DNA of 64,000 bases from Aulosira sp. ZfuVER01 (GCA_034530615.2 JAVRCV020000039.1:32001-96000); one strand, 5' to 3'; shown: positions 9,328-19,868, counted from the first letter of the stretch. Numbers and translations are program-made. The notes: generated by a model from the letters alone, not told the origin.

Positions 9328-12300
9328 ATGCTCAGGCGTCTATTTCAGTGGCTTAAAAAGTTATTTCAGCATCCTTTTAGCAGTCGAAAACCCATTTCTC
9401 GAAATGTTGCAAAGGGATACGGAGTGGTCAATTCACCACCCGAACTTAGTAATGCGGATTTAGAACTGTTGTTTACCCAGTTGCTAGAAGGCGTGCAACA
9501 AGCACGAGGCAGACAGTGGGCGCTGAAGTACTTGCAACGGATGGAACATCGCATTTCTGATGAGCGCTGGATAGATTGGCTGTTGAGCTTTGGTGAAAGA
9601 TTATTGAATTCACCCGCACCTAACCATCAGTTAGCAGCGCGGATGATCCAGCTGGGTGAACTGGGGATCGGCAGAGTTGGCGACCTATCTTATGATATTG
9701 GTCTTAGCCTGCTGAAGCGCAACTCAGCGACAGAGTATGAAGCGATTGAGGAGCTAGATCCTCATCTGGCGATGGAAAGTATAAGATCTGAAAACCACTT
9801 GGTAAACTCTCCGGGGCAAGAGTTGATCCGTAACTTAGGCGATCGCTTGTGGGATTATGACGAGGAAGAACCGGAAATCCTCCCAATTCCTGAAATGACT
9901 GCTGTTGAAGAAACATGGACAGGCAATATCGGGGAATATTTGTGGGAGTATGAAGGAGACGATGTGGAAATTCCCAGGCGAGCGACGCTCCTAGATCCTG
10001 GAGAAGATAATGAAATCGCCAACTTATTCGATTTGTTTTCGGAGCCGGAAGAGGAAGAGCCAGAAATTATTACGCCAGTTACTAATCTCAATCCCTCAAC
10101 AGAACATCCAAACCTGACTCCGCCTCCACAAGCTACTAGCTCAACTCCGCCCACAGAAAACATGAGCCTGACTCCCCCACCAGAAGATGGCAAAGGAGAA
10201 TTATCAGAAGCGGCGACATGGGATAAATCTTTAGCGAAATTAGAGCCAAATGTCGCCCAAGCCTTTGATGAATTGTTGGTTAGGTTGGATCAAAGTACTT
10301 CTTTAGTCCAAGAACTTGCTGCTGAACTGGCAATTCAACGCAATAATTCGCAAATTGTTCCGCAGCAAAAAATCGATCGGGCACAAGCTTGGTTTTACCA
10401 AGGTCTTCAGCAAGCTAGAACTGGAGATTTATTAGGAGCGATCGCATCTTACGACGCCGCAATCGAACTCAAACCCCATGTTGATGAATATTGGTTCAAC
10501 CGAGCTTTAACACTATTTCATTTAGAACATTTTGTTGAGGCGATCGCATCTTACGACAAAGCTATAGAACTCAAACCCGATTACTACAAAGCTTGGTATA
10601 ACCGGGGGGGAATTCTCGGTGAATTAGGAGAATTTGACGCAGCAGTTATTTCTTTTGAGCGAGTAATTGCCATCAAGCCAGATTTTGCTGAAGCTTGGTC
10701 TAGTAGGGGTTTGGCACTGATGAAGTTAGGGCAATTATTAGAAGCAATTGCCAGTTATGACCAAGCTTTAGTTTTGCAACCACAAGACCCAGAAAACTGG
10801 TATTACCGAGGTATAGCCTTGGGTGTCAGCGAACAACATGAAGAAGCGATCGCATCTTACGATAAAGCTTTAGCAATTCAACCCGATTACTATGAAGTCT
10901 GGATCGATCGGGGCGTGGTGTTGTTTAATTTGGGAAGGTGGTCAGAAGCGATCGCTTCTTGGGATAAAGCACTCTCGATTCAAGCTGAATTCTACTTAGC
11001 CTGGTACAACCGAGGTGTGGCTTTAGAAAATTTAGGACGCCGTGAAGAAGCAATTGACTCCTACCGCAAAGCTATAGCCATCAAACCGGACTTCCATTTA
11101 GCTTGGTATAACCAGGCGGTGGCGCTATTTTATTTAGGACGATATGCAGATGCGATCGCTTCCTATGATAGTGCTTTACAAATCAAGTTTGATTATTGGG
11201 AAGCTTGGATTGGGCGAGGAACGGCTGCTGGTAATTTAGTTAATCCTGATGCGCTTTCTGGTTTGTTTACTACCATCACAGCTACAAATACTGCCTTAAA
11301 GGAAAGTGGCTATGAAGGCAAATTAGCTAGCTACGAAGCTGGTTTGAAATATGTTCGCCCAGATACGCACCCAGAAGGTTGGGGGAGATTGCATTTAGCG
11401 ATCGCCAATACTCATTACGAGCAAGGCAAGAAAAATGGTGTCACCCGCACTCATTGGCAAAAATCTGTAGCTGCGTATAATCAGGCACTGTTAACCCTGA
11501 CTAGTGAAGACTTTCCTCAGTTACACCTGGAAGTCTTACAATCCCTCATCAAAACCCTTGTGGGTTTAGGACAAACAGCACAAGCACAAGAATTTCTGCA
11601 ATACAGCACAAATTTATTACAACAGTTGCTCAGTGAGCATACACGTTCTGAGGATAGTAAAAAACAGCTAGCTCTGAAATTTGCAGGCTTGAGGCAACTA
11701 GTAGTTGATTTAGCTGTAGATTACGGTGACTTAGTAGAAGCCTGGGAAATTGCCGAACAAGCTAAAAATGCTTGTTTAACCTGGCTACTTGATGGTTGGC
11801 AAGACGAGATTGACTCACTTAGCTATGCTGAAGTTCAGCCACTATTAAATCCTCAAACAGCAATTATTTACTGGCATATTAGCCCCGCCGCTTTACATAC
11901 ATTTGTTCTCAAAGATCAAGCGCCTTCACCCATCCTGATATTCACACCGATGCAAGATGCAGGGGTATTTAGCTTAGGTAAAACCCCCATGCGTCTGCAC
12001 GAAGTTCCTCTCCCCGAAGCAGTTAGACGTTTGATTGCTTTTGAAGATTGGCTGGAAAATTGGAATCAACAATATCAAGAATATTGCAGCCACTCTTCAG
12101 ATAAACAAAATCAAAGCAATCATTCCTGGCGAATGGATATGGAGCAAAGGCTATTAGAGCTAAAAAATATCCTCAACATTTCTACCATCACTCAGGAACT
12201 TGAAGGAATTACCCAACTAATTTTAATTCCCCACCGCGACTTGCAAAGACTACCTCTCCATGCGCTTTTTGATGCTTCTTCTGTTGAGGAATTGCCAAGT

Positions 12301-13110
12301 GAAGAGGCGAATTTTACTATCAGCTATTTGCCCAGCGTCCAAACAGGATTAACAATAAAATCTGAAACCATAGGAGATACAAATAATCAACTATTCCTCA
12401 GTGTTGAAAATCCTCATAGTACAGATTATCCACCCCTAAAGTTTGCCAAACTGCAAGCGGAGATTGTCAGCCATATATTCCCTAATTCTCACCGGATTCA
12501 GGGAGTACAAGCTAATAAAAATAACGTGCATCATGAATTTGTTAATGACTACAATATATTTCACTTTATCGGGCATATCGTTAATAATTCTAGTGAACCG
12601 AAAAAATCAGAATTGGCATTAGCTGGGGCAGACAAACTCACATTAGAAGAAATCTCTCAACAATCTTTAATAAGTTACAACCTGGTTAACCTATCAGCTT
12701 GTGAAGCTATAAATGCAAACAATCACATAGTTACTAGCGAATATGTGAGTTTAGTAAATGGTTTTCTGATGGGAGGAGTATCTCAGATTGTAAATACTCT
12801 GTGGGCTGTAGAATCAGTTGCCAATGACTTAGTAGTTATAGAGTTTTATCGACGGCTACAGCCAGATAAATCAGCAGCTACTACCTTAGCTGAAGTGACA
12901 GCATGGCTGCGAGAACTCACTGCAAGTGAATTAACAAAATGGTATGAAGATTTACTAAATAATCTACATCCCGAAGATTTACGAATTAGGACTCATGTAG
13001 CAACACAAATGTATAGAAGCAGTAAACTACCACCAGAGCAAAAGCTATATTGTCATCCTTACTATTGGGCGGCATTTACAATTACAGGTAGGTCTAGTGA
13101 AAGTATTTAA
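9328..13110 (+). CDS. TPR repeat plus CHAT (caspase/HetF-like) protease
   Basis: About 8-9 TPRs (AWYNRG..L..LG..EEAI.SY..A..I.P), LILIPHRDL..LPLHAL, FHFIGH, NLSACE, TLWAV, HPYYWAAF. Confidence 0.92.
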   Translation: MLRRLFQWLKKLFQHPFSSRKPISRNVAKGYGVVNSPPELSNADLELLFTQLLEGVQQARGRQWALKYLQRMEHRISDERWIDWLLSFGERLLNSPAPNHQLAARMIQLGELGIGRVGDLSYDIGLSLLKRNSATEYEAIEELDPHLAMESIRSENHLVNSPGQELIRNLGDRLWDYDEEEPEILPIPEMTAVEETWTGNIGEYLWEYEGDDVEIPRRATLLDPGEDNEIANLFDLFSEPEEEEPEIITPVTNLNPSTEHPNLTPPPQATSSTPPTENMSLTPPPEDGKGELSEAATWDKSLAKLEPNVAQAFDELLVRLDQSTSLVQELAAELAIQRNNSQIVPQQKIDRAQAWFYQGLQQARTGDLLGAIASYDAAIELKPHVDEYWFNRALTLFHLEHFVEAIASYDKAIELKPDYYKAWYNRGGILGELGEFDAAVISFERVIAIKPDFAEAWSSRGLALMKLGQLLEAIASYDQALVLQPQDPENWYYRGIALGVSEQHEEAIASYDKALAIQPDYYEVWIDRGVVLFNLGRWSEAIASWDKALSIQAEFYLAWYNRGVALENLGRREEAIDSYRKAIAIKPDFHLAWYNQAVALFYLGRYADAIASYDSALQIKFDYWEAWIGRGTAAGNLVNPDALSGLFTTITATNTALKESGYEGKLASYEAGLKYVRPDTHPEGWGRLHLAIANTHYEQGKKNGVTRTHWQKSVAAYNQALLTLTSEDFPQLHLEVLQSLIKTLVGLGQTAQAQEFLQYSTNLLQQLLSEHTRSEDSKKQLALKFAGLRQLVVDLAVDYGDLVEAWEIAEQAKNACLTWLLDGWQDEIDSLSYAEVQPLLNPQTAIIYWHISPAALHTFVLKDQAPSPILIFTPMQDAGVFSLGKTPMRLHEVPLPEAVRRLIAFEDWLENWNQQYQEYCSHSSDKQNQSNHSWRMDMEQRLLELKNILNISTITQELEGITQLILIPHRDLQRLPLHALFDASSVEELPSEEANFTISYLPSVQTGLTIKSETIGDTNNQLFLSVENPHSTDYPPLKFAKLQAEIVSHIFPNSHRIQGVQANKNNVHHEFVNDYNIFHFIGHIVNNSSEPKKSELALAGADKLTLEEISQQSLISYNLVNLSACEAINANNHIVTSEYVSLVNGFLMGGVSQIVNTLWAVESVANDLVVIEFYRRLQPDKSAATTLAEVTAWLRELTASELTKWYEDLLNNLHPEDLRIRTHVATQMYRSSKLPPEQKLYCHPYYWAAFTITGRSSESI

Positions 13111-13146
13111 TTAGTTGCCCATTAAATCTTGAAAAATAACAAAACT

Positions 13147-13503
13147 ATGGAAACTAAAGCGGAAAACGATACCAGGCTGACTTGCGAAGTAGAAATTACA
13201 TTAGAGGTAATTGGTGGACGCTGGAAAGTTTTGATTATTAGAGAATTAATGGCAGGGGTAAAGCGCTTTGGTGAATTACAGAGGGCTTTACCCGGAATTA
13301 CTCAAAAGATGCTGACTCAGCAACTTCGAGAAATGGAAGATGATGGCATTATTCATCGCGAGGTTTATCCACAAATTCCCCCCAAAGTAGAATACTCATT
13401 GACGCCTTTGGGAGAAAGCCTGCAACCTATTCTTAATGCAATGCATGAATGGGGTGTGAAACATTTTTCAGAAATACGTCGGCATAGAATAAATGAGCAA
13501 TAA
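13147..13503 (+). CDS. HxlR-family winged-helix transcriptional regulator
   Basis: [40 protein letters not shown]. Confidence 0.92.
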   Translation: METKAENDTRLTCEVEITLEVIGGRWKVLIIRELMAGVKRFGELQRALPGITQKMLTQQLREMEDDGIIHREVYPQIPPKVEYSLTPLGESLQPILNAMHEWGVKHFSEIRRHRINEQ

Positions 13504-13650
13504 TCTTCCTAACTTAGTTGTCTGATATCTCTAAAGCGGTTGTTAGAGAAAGAAGAGATATGTCTTAAAAGTAGAGGCTGAAACAACACAAAATCGTTCC
13601 TTGTGAGCGCATCTCATGGAATTTATTGCATGAGTCGGCTTTTTGGATAT

Positions 13651-13705
13651 CGAACCACAGATGGACGCAGATAAATATCTGTGTTCATCTGGGTTTATCT
13701 GTGTT
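13651..13705. repeat. Palindromic ACAGAT/ATCTGT dispersed repeat
   Basis: aaccacagatggacgcagataaat-atctgtgttcatctgggtttatctgtg; a half-copy lies at about 59075-59098. Confidence 0.5.
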
Positions 13706-14265
13706 TTTTTTATTCTTATGTAGATTTTTGCAATAACTCTACTGAATCTGCTTAACTGAATTTTGCAAGAAGTCTACTGTTGATAAACAATTTAGTATTG
13801 CTGGAAGAATTATCAATTTTAGGCATTTTAAGCTAATACAAACAGATTTAACAGTGAATATTGCTTTAAAGACCATGCTAGGTGGTTTTATAGGAAATTG
13901 CAGCCCAATCATCGAAATATAATTGGCGTTAAAATAATTAATATCCATCTGTGATTCTGATATTAAGCAGTAAAAAAGTAGATTATAAAATTTAGTAAAA
14001 ATATATTATTAACTTTTGTCTCAAGTATGCCATAATGGCACGAGCCGAAAGGTAATACCTAATTGAATGCCCCTAACTACCATAGGGGTAAATTGCTCAT
14101 TTGCTAACAAGCAAGCTCTACATTTAGTTAGTCACTAATAAGGTAGAGCTTGGTTAGCAGTTAGCAAATAATTTTAGGTATTTTTACATATCAGACTCTT
14201 GGAAAATTGAGCAAGAGACAAGTTTTTCAAAAATTTTTCTACAGCAGATTTAGGAATAAATAGCG

Positions 14266-16149
14266 ATGAATTTGTTGGAGTTGGCAAATGACGCGGTTGA
14301 TTTAATATCTAACGCCGATAATAAGACAAGTTTAGACTTAATGGACGCCGCTTATCCACGTCCGCAGTTGCAGCGAATTTCAAGCACTGATTCTAGGCGA
14401 TCGCATTGGCAAAGTCTCAACGGTCTATGGAAGTTCGCATTTGATGACCAAGGCAAATGCGCTCACCCTAGTAACCTGAGCCAATGGACACATGATATAG
14501 AAGTTCCCTTTGCTCCCGAATCTATCAAAAGTGGGATTGGCGATACTGGGTTTCACCCCAATTGCTGGTATGAGCGGGAATTTGCAACACCCCCAGGTGA
14601 GGGCAGGTTATTACTGCACTTTGGTGCTGTGGACTATCGCGCTCGTGTTTGGGTGAACGATCAATACATCGGTGAGCATGAAGGCGGACACACCAATTTC
14701 ACGATGGATATTACCTCTGTCTTAAATGACAGTGGCATGACCAAAGTGACAGTCTGGGCGCAGGACGATCCGCACGACCTTGCCAAGCCTCGTGGTAAGC
14801 AGGATTGGCAACTGGAACCGCACAGTATTTGGTATCCTCGCACAACTGGAATTTGGCAGACAGTTTGGGTGGAACGTGTGGGGGTGACTTATCTAGATCA
14901 CATCCGCTGGACTCCCGATTTTGAACGCTGGGAAATTGGCTGTTATGCAGCGCTTGCAGGAGATGCGCCAGCTTCGGGTATCCAAATGAAGATGAAATTG
15001 ACAGTGGGCGATCGCGTTTTGGCGAATGATACTTATGAAGTATTCAATGGCGAGATTAACCGCCGCATTTCTCTTTCAGACCCAGGTATTGACGACTACC
15101 GTAACGAATTATTGTGGAGTCCAGAAAAACCCACATTAATCAATGCTTTTATTCAGTTGTGGTATAACGGACAACTACTTGAAGAAGTAATATCTTACAC
15201 AGCAATGCGGACTGTAAGCATACAGCGCGATCGCTTTATGCTCAATGGTCGTCCTTACTATTTGCGTTTGGTTCTAGACCAAGGCTACTGGGCTGATAGC
15301 CTGATGACTTCGCCCGACGATCTGGCGTTGCGGCGAGATGTGGAACTAGCAAAAGCAATGGGTTTCAACGGAGTCCGCAAGCACCAAAAAATTGAAGACC
15401 CCCGCTTTTTATATTGGGCAGACGTGCTGGGATTGTTAGTATGGGAGGAGATGCCTAGCGCTTATCGCTTCTCCCCGAAAGCAGTGGAACGCATGACGCA
15501 TGAGTGGACGGAAGTTATCAAGCGTGATGCCAATCATCCGTGTATTGTCGCTTGGGTGCCATTTAATGAGTCTTGGGGAGTGCCAAATCTGGTTGAGACA
15601 CAGGCTCACCGGAACTATGTTTTGGCGATGTATCACTTAACCAAAACCCTCGACCCGACTCGCCCAGTGATTGGTAATGATGGCTGGGAAAGTACAGATA
15701 CTGATATTCTCGCCATCCATGACTACGACACCAATCCCCAGCATTTAGCTCATCGCTATGGGCCAGAAGTGCAGCTATCAGATTTATTTAATCGTCAGCG
15801 TCCTGGAGGGCGTATCCTCACACTGGACAACTATCCTCATCAGGGACAGCCAGTAATGCTGACCGAGTTCGGCGGAATTGCCTATGCGCCAGAAGATCAG
15901 CCTGATACTAACAAAGCCTGGGGATACGAGCGTTGCTGGAATCTCTCGGAATTAGAAATCAAATACACTGCTTTGCTGGAAAGTGTGAATAACATCGATA
16001 TGTTCAGCGGTTTCTGTTACACACAATTCACCGATACCTTCCAAGAAGCTAACGGGTTGTTGTACGCCGATCGCACACCGAAAATTCCACTAGAGACGAT
16101 ACGTGCCGCCACCCTTTCTGGAGGATTATGTACTCCCACAAGTTGTTAA
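14266..16149 (+). CDS. Glycoside hydrolase family 2 (beta-galactosidase / galactofuranosidase-like)
   Basis: YPRPQL, LHFGAVDY, GIWQTVW, LDQGYW, GFNGVRKH.K.E, PFNESWG, LTEFGG, CYTQFTD..QE.NG. Confidence 0.92.
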   Translation: MNLLELANDAVDLISNADNKTSLDLMDAAYPRPQLQRISSTDSRRSHWQSLNGLWKFAFDDQGKCAHPSNLSQWTHDIEVPFAPESIKSGIGDTGFHPNCWYEREFATPPGEGRLLLHFGAVDYRARVWVNDQYIGEHEGGHTNFTMDITSVLNDSGMTKVTVWAQDDPHDLAKPRGKQDWQLEPHSIWYPRTTGIWQTVWVERVGVTYLDHIRWTPDFERWEIGCYAALAGDAPASGIQMKMKLTVGDRVLANDTYEVFNGEINRRISLSDPGIDDYRNELLWSPEKPTLINAFIQLWYNGQLLEEVISYTAMRTVSIQRDRFMLNGRPYYLRLVLDQGYWADSLMTSPDDLALRRDVELAKAMGFNGVRKHQKIEDPRFLYWADVLGLLVWEEMPSAYRFSPKAVERMTHEWTEVIKRDANHPCIVAWVPFNESWGVPNLVETQAHRNYVLAMYHLTKTLDPTRPVIGNDGWESTDTDILAIHDYDTNPQHLAHRYGPEVQLSDLFNRQRPGGRILTLDNYPHQGQPVMLTEFGGIAYAPEDQPDTNKAWGYERCWNLSELEIKYTALLESVNNIDMFSGFCYTQFTDTFQEANGLLYADRTPKIPLETIRAATLSGGLCTPTSC

Positions 16150-17228
16150 AGCCAGATGGCCGCCAACTGACTTTATATAGTCGATATCCAATTTCCCAAG
16201 ATATAACGGCTACTAGTCCCAGTAATGAGCCAGTGCAAGCAAATCCCCACCTGCGCTGGCACCCTTTACGGGGTGAATGGGTAGCTTACGCCAGTCATCG
16301 TCAAGGGCGGACTTTCATGCCGCCTCCAGAATATAACCCCCTCGCACCTACTAGCAACCGAGAGTTTCCCACAGAACTACCCCAAGGGAAGTATGACATA
16401 GCTGTGTTCGATAACCGCTTTCCTTCTCTGAAGGCAACAGCACACAATCCACCAGCTAGCATTGTGGAAACTTTACCTGCTAATGGAGCGTGTGAGGTAG
16501 TGGTTTTTACTCAAGACCCCCATGCTTCCCTCAGTTCCTTAGAATTAGCTCATCTAGAATTGCTGTTACAAGTGTGGGGCGATCGCACCCGTGAACTCGG
16601 AGAAAATCCGCAAATTCACTATGTGTTGCCCTTTGAAAATAAAGGTGTAGAGGTAGGCGTAACTTTACACCATCCCCACGGGCAAATTTATGCTTATCCT
16701 TTTATACCGCCCGTCCCAGCAAGGATGCTGGAGATGCAGCGGCAATTTTATGAGAAAAATCAGCGGGGTTTGTTAGCAGATCTAATTCAAAAAGAGATAG
16801 CTGACAACCAACGAATTATTTATCAGGATGAAGAAGCGATTGCCTTCGTCCCCGTATGTGCGCGTTACCCTTACGAAGTTTGGATTGCGCCCATACAACC
16901 AGTACCAAGCTTTTACGATCTGAGTGCAAAACAACGTCAGGGGCTAGCCAGGGCATTAAAAACCGTCACTCTTAAATATGACGGTTTGTGGAATCGCCCA
17001 TTTCCTTACCTCATGGCTTGGTTTGGTGCGCCAACAGACGGTAAACCCCATCCCGAAGCTCATTTACACGCCCAGTTTTATCCACCCTATCGCACAACCG
17101 ACAAGCTGAAGTACTTAGCAGGAACCGAACTCGCCGCCGGAATGTTTGCCAATGATGCTTTACCAGAGGAGAAAGCGAAGGAGTTACAGGGGGTGGCTGT
17201 AAATATTGAAATGCCGATTTCCGTATAA
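16128..17228 (+). CDS. galT: Galactose-1-phosphate uridylyltransferase
   Basis: RWHPLRGEWV, FDNRFPS, CEVVVF, FENKG..VG..LHHPHGQ catalytic motif, KYLAGTE; overlaps the GH2 3' end. Confidence 0.95.
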   Translation: MYSHKLLKPDGRQLTLYSRYPISQDITATSPSNEPVQANPHLRWHPLRGEWVAYASHRQGRTFMPPPEYNPLAPTSNREFPTELPQGKYDIAVFDNRFPSLKATAHNPPASIVETLPANGACEVVVFTQDPHASLSSLELAHLELLLQVWGDRTRELGENPQIHYVLPFENKGVEVGVTLHHPHGQIYAYPFIPPVPARMLEMQRQFYEKNQRGLLADLIQKEIADNQRIIYQDEEAIAFVPVCARYPYEVWIAPIQPVPSFYDLSAKQRQGLARALKTVTLKYDGLWNRPFPYLMAWFGAPTDGKPHPEAHLHAQFYPPYRTTDKLKYLAGTELAAGMFANDALPEEKAKELQGVAVNIEMPISV

Positions 17229-17251
17229 AAGGGAAATAGGTAAACTAAAAC

Positions 17252-17277
17252 AAGCGCATCCGTTACAAGATGCGCTT
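17252..17277. terminator. Hairpin between convergent galT and marR
   Basis: AAGCGCATC-cgttacaa-GATGCGCTT. Confidence 0.6.
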
Positions 17278-17344
17278 ATTGTACTTGGGTGGGAGTGATT
17301 TCGGTGTAGCGTATGATTTTTTGCGAATTCTGCACTCACCCGCG

Positions 17345-17857
17345 TTAAGTCAATTCGCTATAACGTTGACCCACTGGACAATTTAGACAGTTTGTTTCAT
17401 CACATAAACGGCAGATACTTAAGGCACTATCCTTCGTTTTTGTCAGAGAAAACAATAGTTGGTTACTGATGCGGCACAAATGTAGGCGGTCTTTTGAAGA
17501 TAGAGAAGCGATCGCTTCCTCAATTGCCAATAGCCGTGCTTGATGGATTTTGCTCACCAAAGCTTCCCCTTCTTGGGTCAATTTCAGCTCTACAGCTCTG
17601 CGATCGACAGAGCAACGTTCACGGAGAATTAATCCTTGTTTCTCCAGTCGCTCTACAAGCCGCACTGCACCTGGATGCGACATCCCAAGGGCGCGGCGCA
17701 ATTGTTCAATCGGTATCCCAGGTGCATGTCTGACCAAGCAAAGAGCCTCGGTAGCCGGGCCTGCATCATCGATCATTCCCTTTGCCGACTGGGCTACCGA
17801 ATCTGTTAAAGCAAGGGCTAAAGCCCCCACTACATTTGCAAGGTTAGTGTTTTCCAT
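17345..17857 (-). CDS. MarR-family regulator with a C-terminal four-Cys motif
   Basis: LGMSHPGAVRLVERLE..GLI.R....DRRAV...LT..G; C-terminal CRLCDETNCLNCP; start placed at ATG 17857. Confidence 0.88.
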   Translation of the reverse strand: MENTNLANVVGALALALTDSVAQSAKGMIDDAGPATEALCLVRHAPGIPIEQLRRALGMSHPGAVRLVERLEKQGLILRERCSVDRRAVELKLTQEGEALVSKIHQARLLAIEEAIASLSSKDRLHLCRISNQLLFSLTKTKDSALSICRLCDETNCLNCPVGQRYSELT

Positions 17858-17866
17858 ACCTAAATT

Positions 17867-17927
17867 ATATGCTTCATGCATATTGACATCAAGCAAAACT
17901 GCTAGTTAATATATGCGTCAAGCATAC
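17867..17927. promoter_or_regulatory. Divergent marR/GNAT promoter with two palindromic operators
   Basis: TATGC-N5-GCATA at 17868-17882 and 17912-17926, flanking TTGACA(17883)-N18-TAATAT(17907). Confidence 0.65.
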
Positions 17928-17940
17928 AATTAAGTTCTCC

Positions 17941-18411
17941 ATGATCCGACCTACAAAACCCGAAGATGCAGCGGCGCTAATTGCTGTAGCGAACACAATC
18001 GGTTTCGAGCCGAACGAGCTTGAGGATCTTCGCAAGATGCTGGCTGACTACTTCGTTAGCAACACCGACAGCGATCCCTTCTGGATCACTGACGACGATG
18101 AAAAAGATGGGCCTGTAGGAGTCGCCTACTGTGAGCCTGAACGGATGACCGATCGGACGTGGAATCTACAATTGATCGCCATTCGCCCCGATCGCCAGGG
18201 ACAAGGACGCGGTGGGAAACTGCTGGGCTACGTTGAAGAAACTTTGAAGGCGCGCGGTGGACGAATGCTACTGGTAGAAACGTTAGCAAGCTTCGAGCGC
18301 ACACGTAAGTTCTACGCGAAGTGCGGATTCGAGGAAGAGGCTCGCATCCGGGACTTCTACACGGCGGGCGCTGATAAGATTGTGTTTCGTAAAGTTTTAA
18401 ATCCGGTCTAG
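17941..18411 (+). CDS. GNAT-family N-acetyltransferase
   Basis: IAIRPDRQGQGRGGKLL acetyl-CoA motif, RKFYAKCGF. Confidence 0.92.
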   Translation: MIRPTKPEDAAALIAVANTIGFEPNELEDLRKMLADYFVSNTDSDPFWITDDDEKDGPVGVAYCEPERMTDRTWNLQLIAIRPDRQGQGRGGKLLGYVEETLKARGGRMLLVETLASFERTRKFYAKCGFEEEARIRDFYTAGADKIVFRKVLNPV

Positions 18412-18500
18412 ATTACATTCACCCATAAACAAATTTCGGTTCAGAAATGGGAGGTTTCTTGTATTGTTCAAGAACCATTTTTTTGTCATCATGATTTTAC

Positions 18501-19772
18501 TTAAGGGAGCCAATGCAACCCCTTATTCTGTAATTTCTGCTCGATATGCTGCATTTCTGTGATAGTTTCTCCAGCAACAATCCCATAAATGTCGGTGTAG
18601 ATTTTACCGTATTTGACCTTCTCTAAAGCGGACAGAATTATCAAGTCCTTGCGATCGAGTTCTGGTTTTAGAGACACTAAAATTGACTCCAATGTCCCCT
18701 CCATTCGGTAGCTACTAGAATATTTAGCCACCTCCTTTCCTCTTTCCAATAGAGTATGGCGTTGCAAGCATAGGGGAGTTGATCCATTAACTCGGAAATT
18801 AGCATCGATCGCATACATCTGTCCGTCTTTGTCTTCCAGCACATCGAAGCCAATCACGCCGAAATAACCATGTTTGTGAGCATACTGACCAATAGCAGCA
18901 ATCATCTCAAAGAACTTGCTCATGTCAGTGTTGCGGTAGTCAATCAGTCCCCCTAAATAGTTACCCTCACTCGTGACGAGTTGGCTGGTAGTACCAATGA
19001 GGGTGATATCTCCCATTTTGTTGACATAGAACTGTACGCAGTAGTTCTGCACTTCATTCTTGACAAACTCGGAGACAATAATCGTATCTAGCAACTTAAT
19101 ATCGAGATATTTCCTGATTTCTTCAAAGCAGTAATTTAAATCACTAGTGTTGTTGATGATATAAGTGCCTTCTCCTGAAAGTCCGTGAGAAGTTTTGATT
19201 AGGTATGGAAATTGTGGTAACTCAATGTCTTCCAGACTACAAGTGTGTAGATTGTAGCTCTTGTATTTTGGACATGATACCCCCAGTTCAGCCAGCGTTA
19301 CTTTGCTGAGTAAGCGGTAATGGGTGTCTGAATCAATAGCGTGTTTCTCAGGTTTGAGACAATCAAAGGGAAATAGAGTAATCAGTTTTTCAAAATGTTC
19401 GCTGTGGCTGAGATCATCTAAATAAGTTGAACAATCCATCATCGCCCTATTGGAGTAGCTGAAGCCGAAATGCTCTTGCCAGTATTTAATCAGGGACTTT
19501 GGCGGCTGAATAATGACAATTCCGGGAATGCGATCGCCTAATACAGCCAAATTTTTCCAAGGTTCTTTTTGGCAAATCTTGTCAAAGGAGGTTTTGCTAG
19601 CTTCACTACTCCCATCTTGAATAAAATATTTTTTCCGGTTGGGATAAGCAGCCCAACTAGCAGTTGCAGGGTAATTTAAGATAAACCCATAAGATGCATC
19701 TGTGATATCTTCAGCAAACAGATCAGAAAGAGAACTTCCTTGAAAGTATTGAAAGTTGTAAGTTGAATTCAT
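18501..19772 (-). CDS. Stand-alone ATP-grasp ligase
   Basis: PYLIKTSHGLSGEGT, VSEFV, GVIGFDVL, AIDANFRVNGS (D-x-N-x-R). Confidence 0.8.
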   Translation of the reverse strand: MNSTYNFQYFQGSSLSDLFAEDITDASYGFILNYPATASWAAYPNRKKYFIQDGSSEASKTSFDKICQKEPWKNLAVLGDRIPGIVIIQPPKSLIKYWQEHFGFSYSNRAMMDCSTYLDDLSHSEHFEKLITLFPFDCLKPEKHAIDSDTHYRLLSKVTLAELGVSCPKYKSYNLHTCSLEDIELPQFPYLIKTSHGLSGEGTYIINNTSDLNYCFEEIRKYLDIKLLDTIIVSEFVKNEVQNYCVQFYVNKMGDITLIGTTSQLVTSEGNYLGGLIDYRNTDMSKFFEMIAAIGQYAHKHGYFGVIGFDVLEDKDGQMYAIDANFRVNGSTPLCLQRHTLLERGKEVAKYSSSYRMEGTLESILVSLKPELDRKDLIILSALEKVKYGKIYTDIYGIVAGETITEMQHIEQKLQNKGLHWLP

Positions 19773-19868
19773 TCACTCCTCCGAAAAACCCTACTCCTTT
19801 GTGGATGCGGTTGTTCAAACTTAAAAACCGATTTAAAATCTAAAATCTAAAATTCGGTTTTATACGAG

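Noticed and set aside
10430..11170. Periodic HIP1 sites in the TPR region as a special DNA array
   Set aside because: Explained by GCGATCGC encoding the Ala-Ile-Ala of the TPR consensus EAIASYD
13739..13948. 69-aa ORF (also 41949-42164)
   Set aside because: AT-rich intergenic ORFs with no recognisable motif or RBS
7911..14070. Shared GGCAC(G)AGCCGAA(G)AGGT at about 7916 and 14037 as a c-di-GMP-I riboswitch
   Set aside because: Lacks the GGCAAA...GACGCAAA and second-stem consensus; two short matches may be chance
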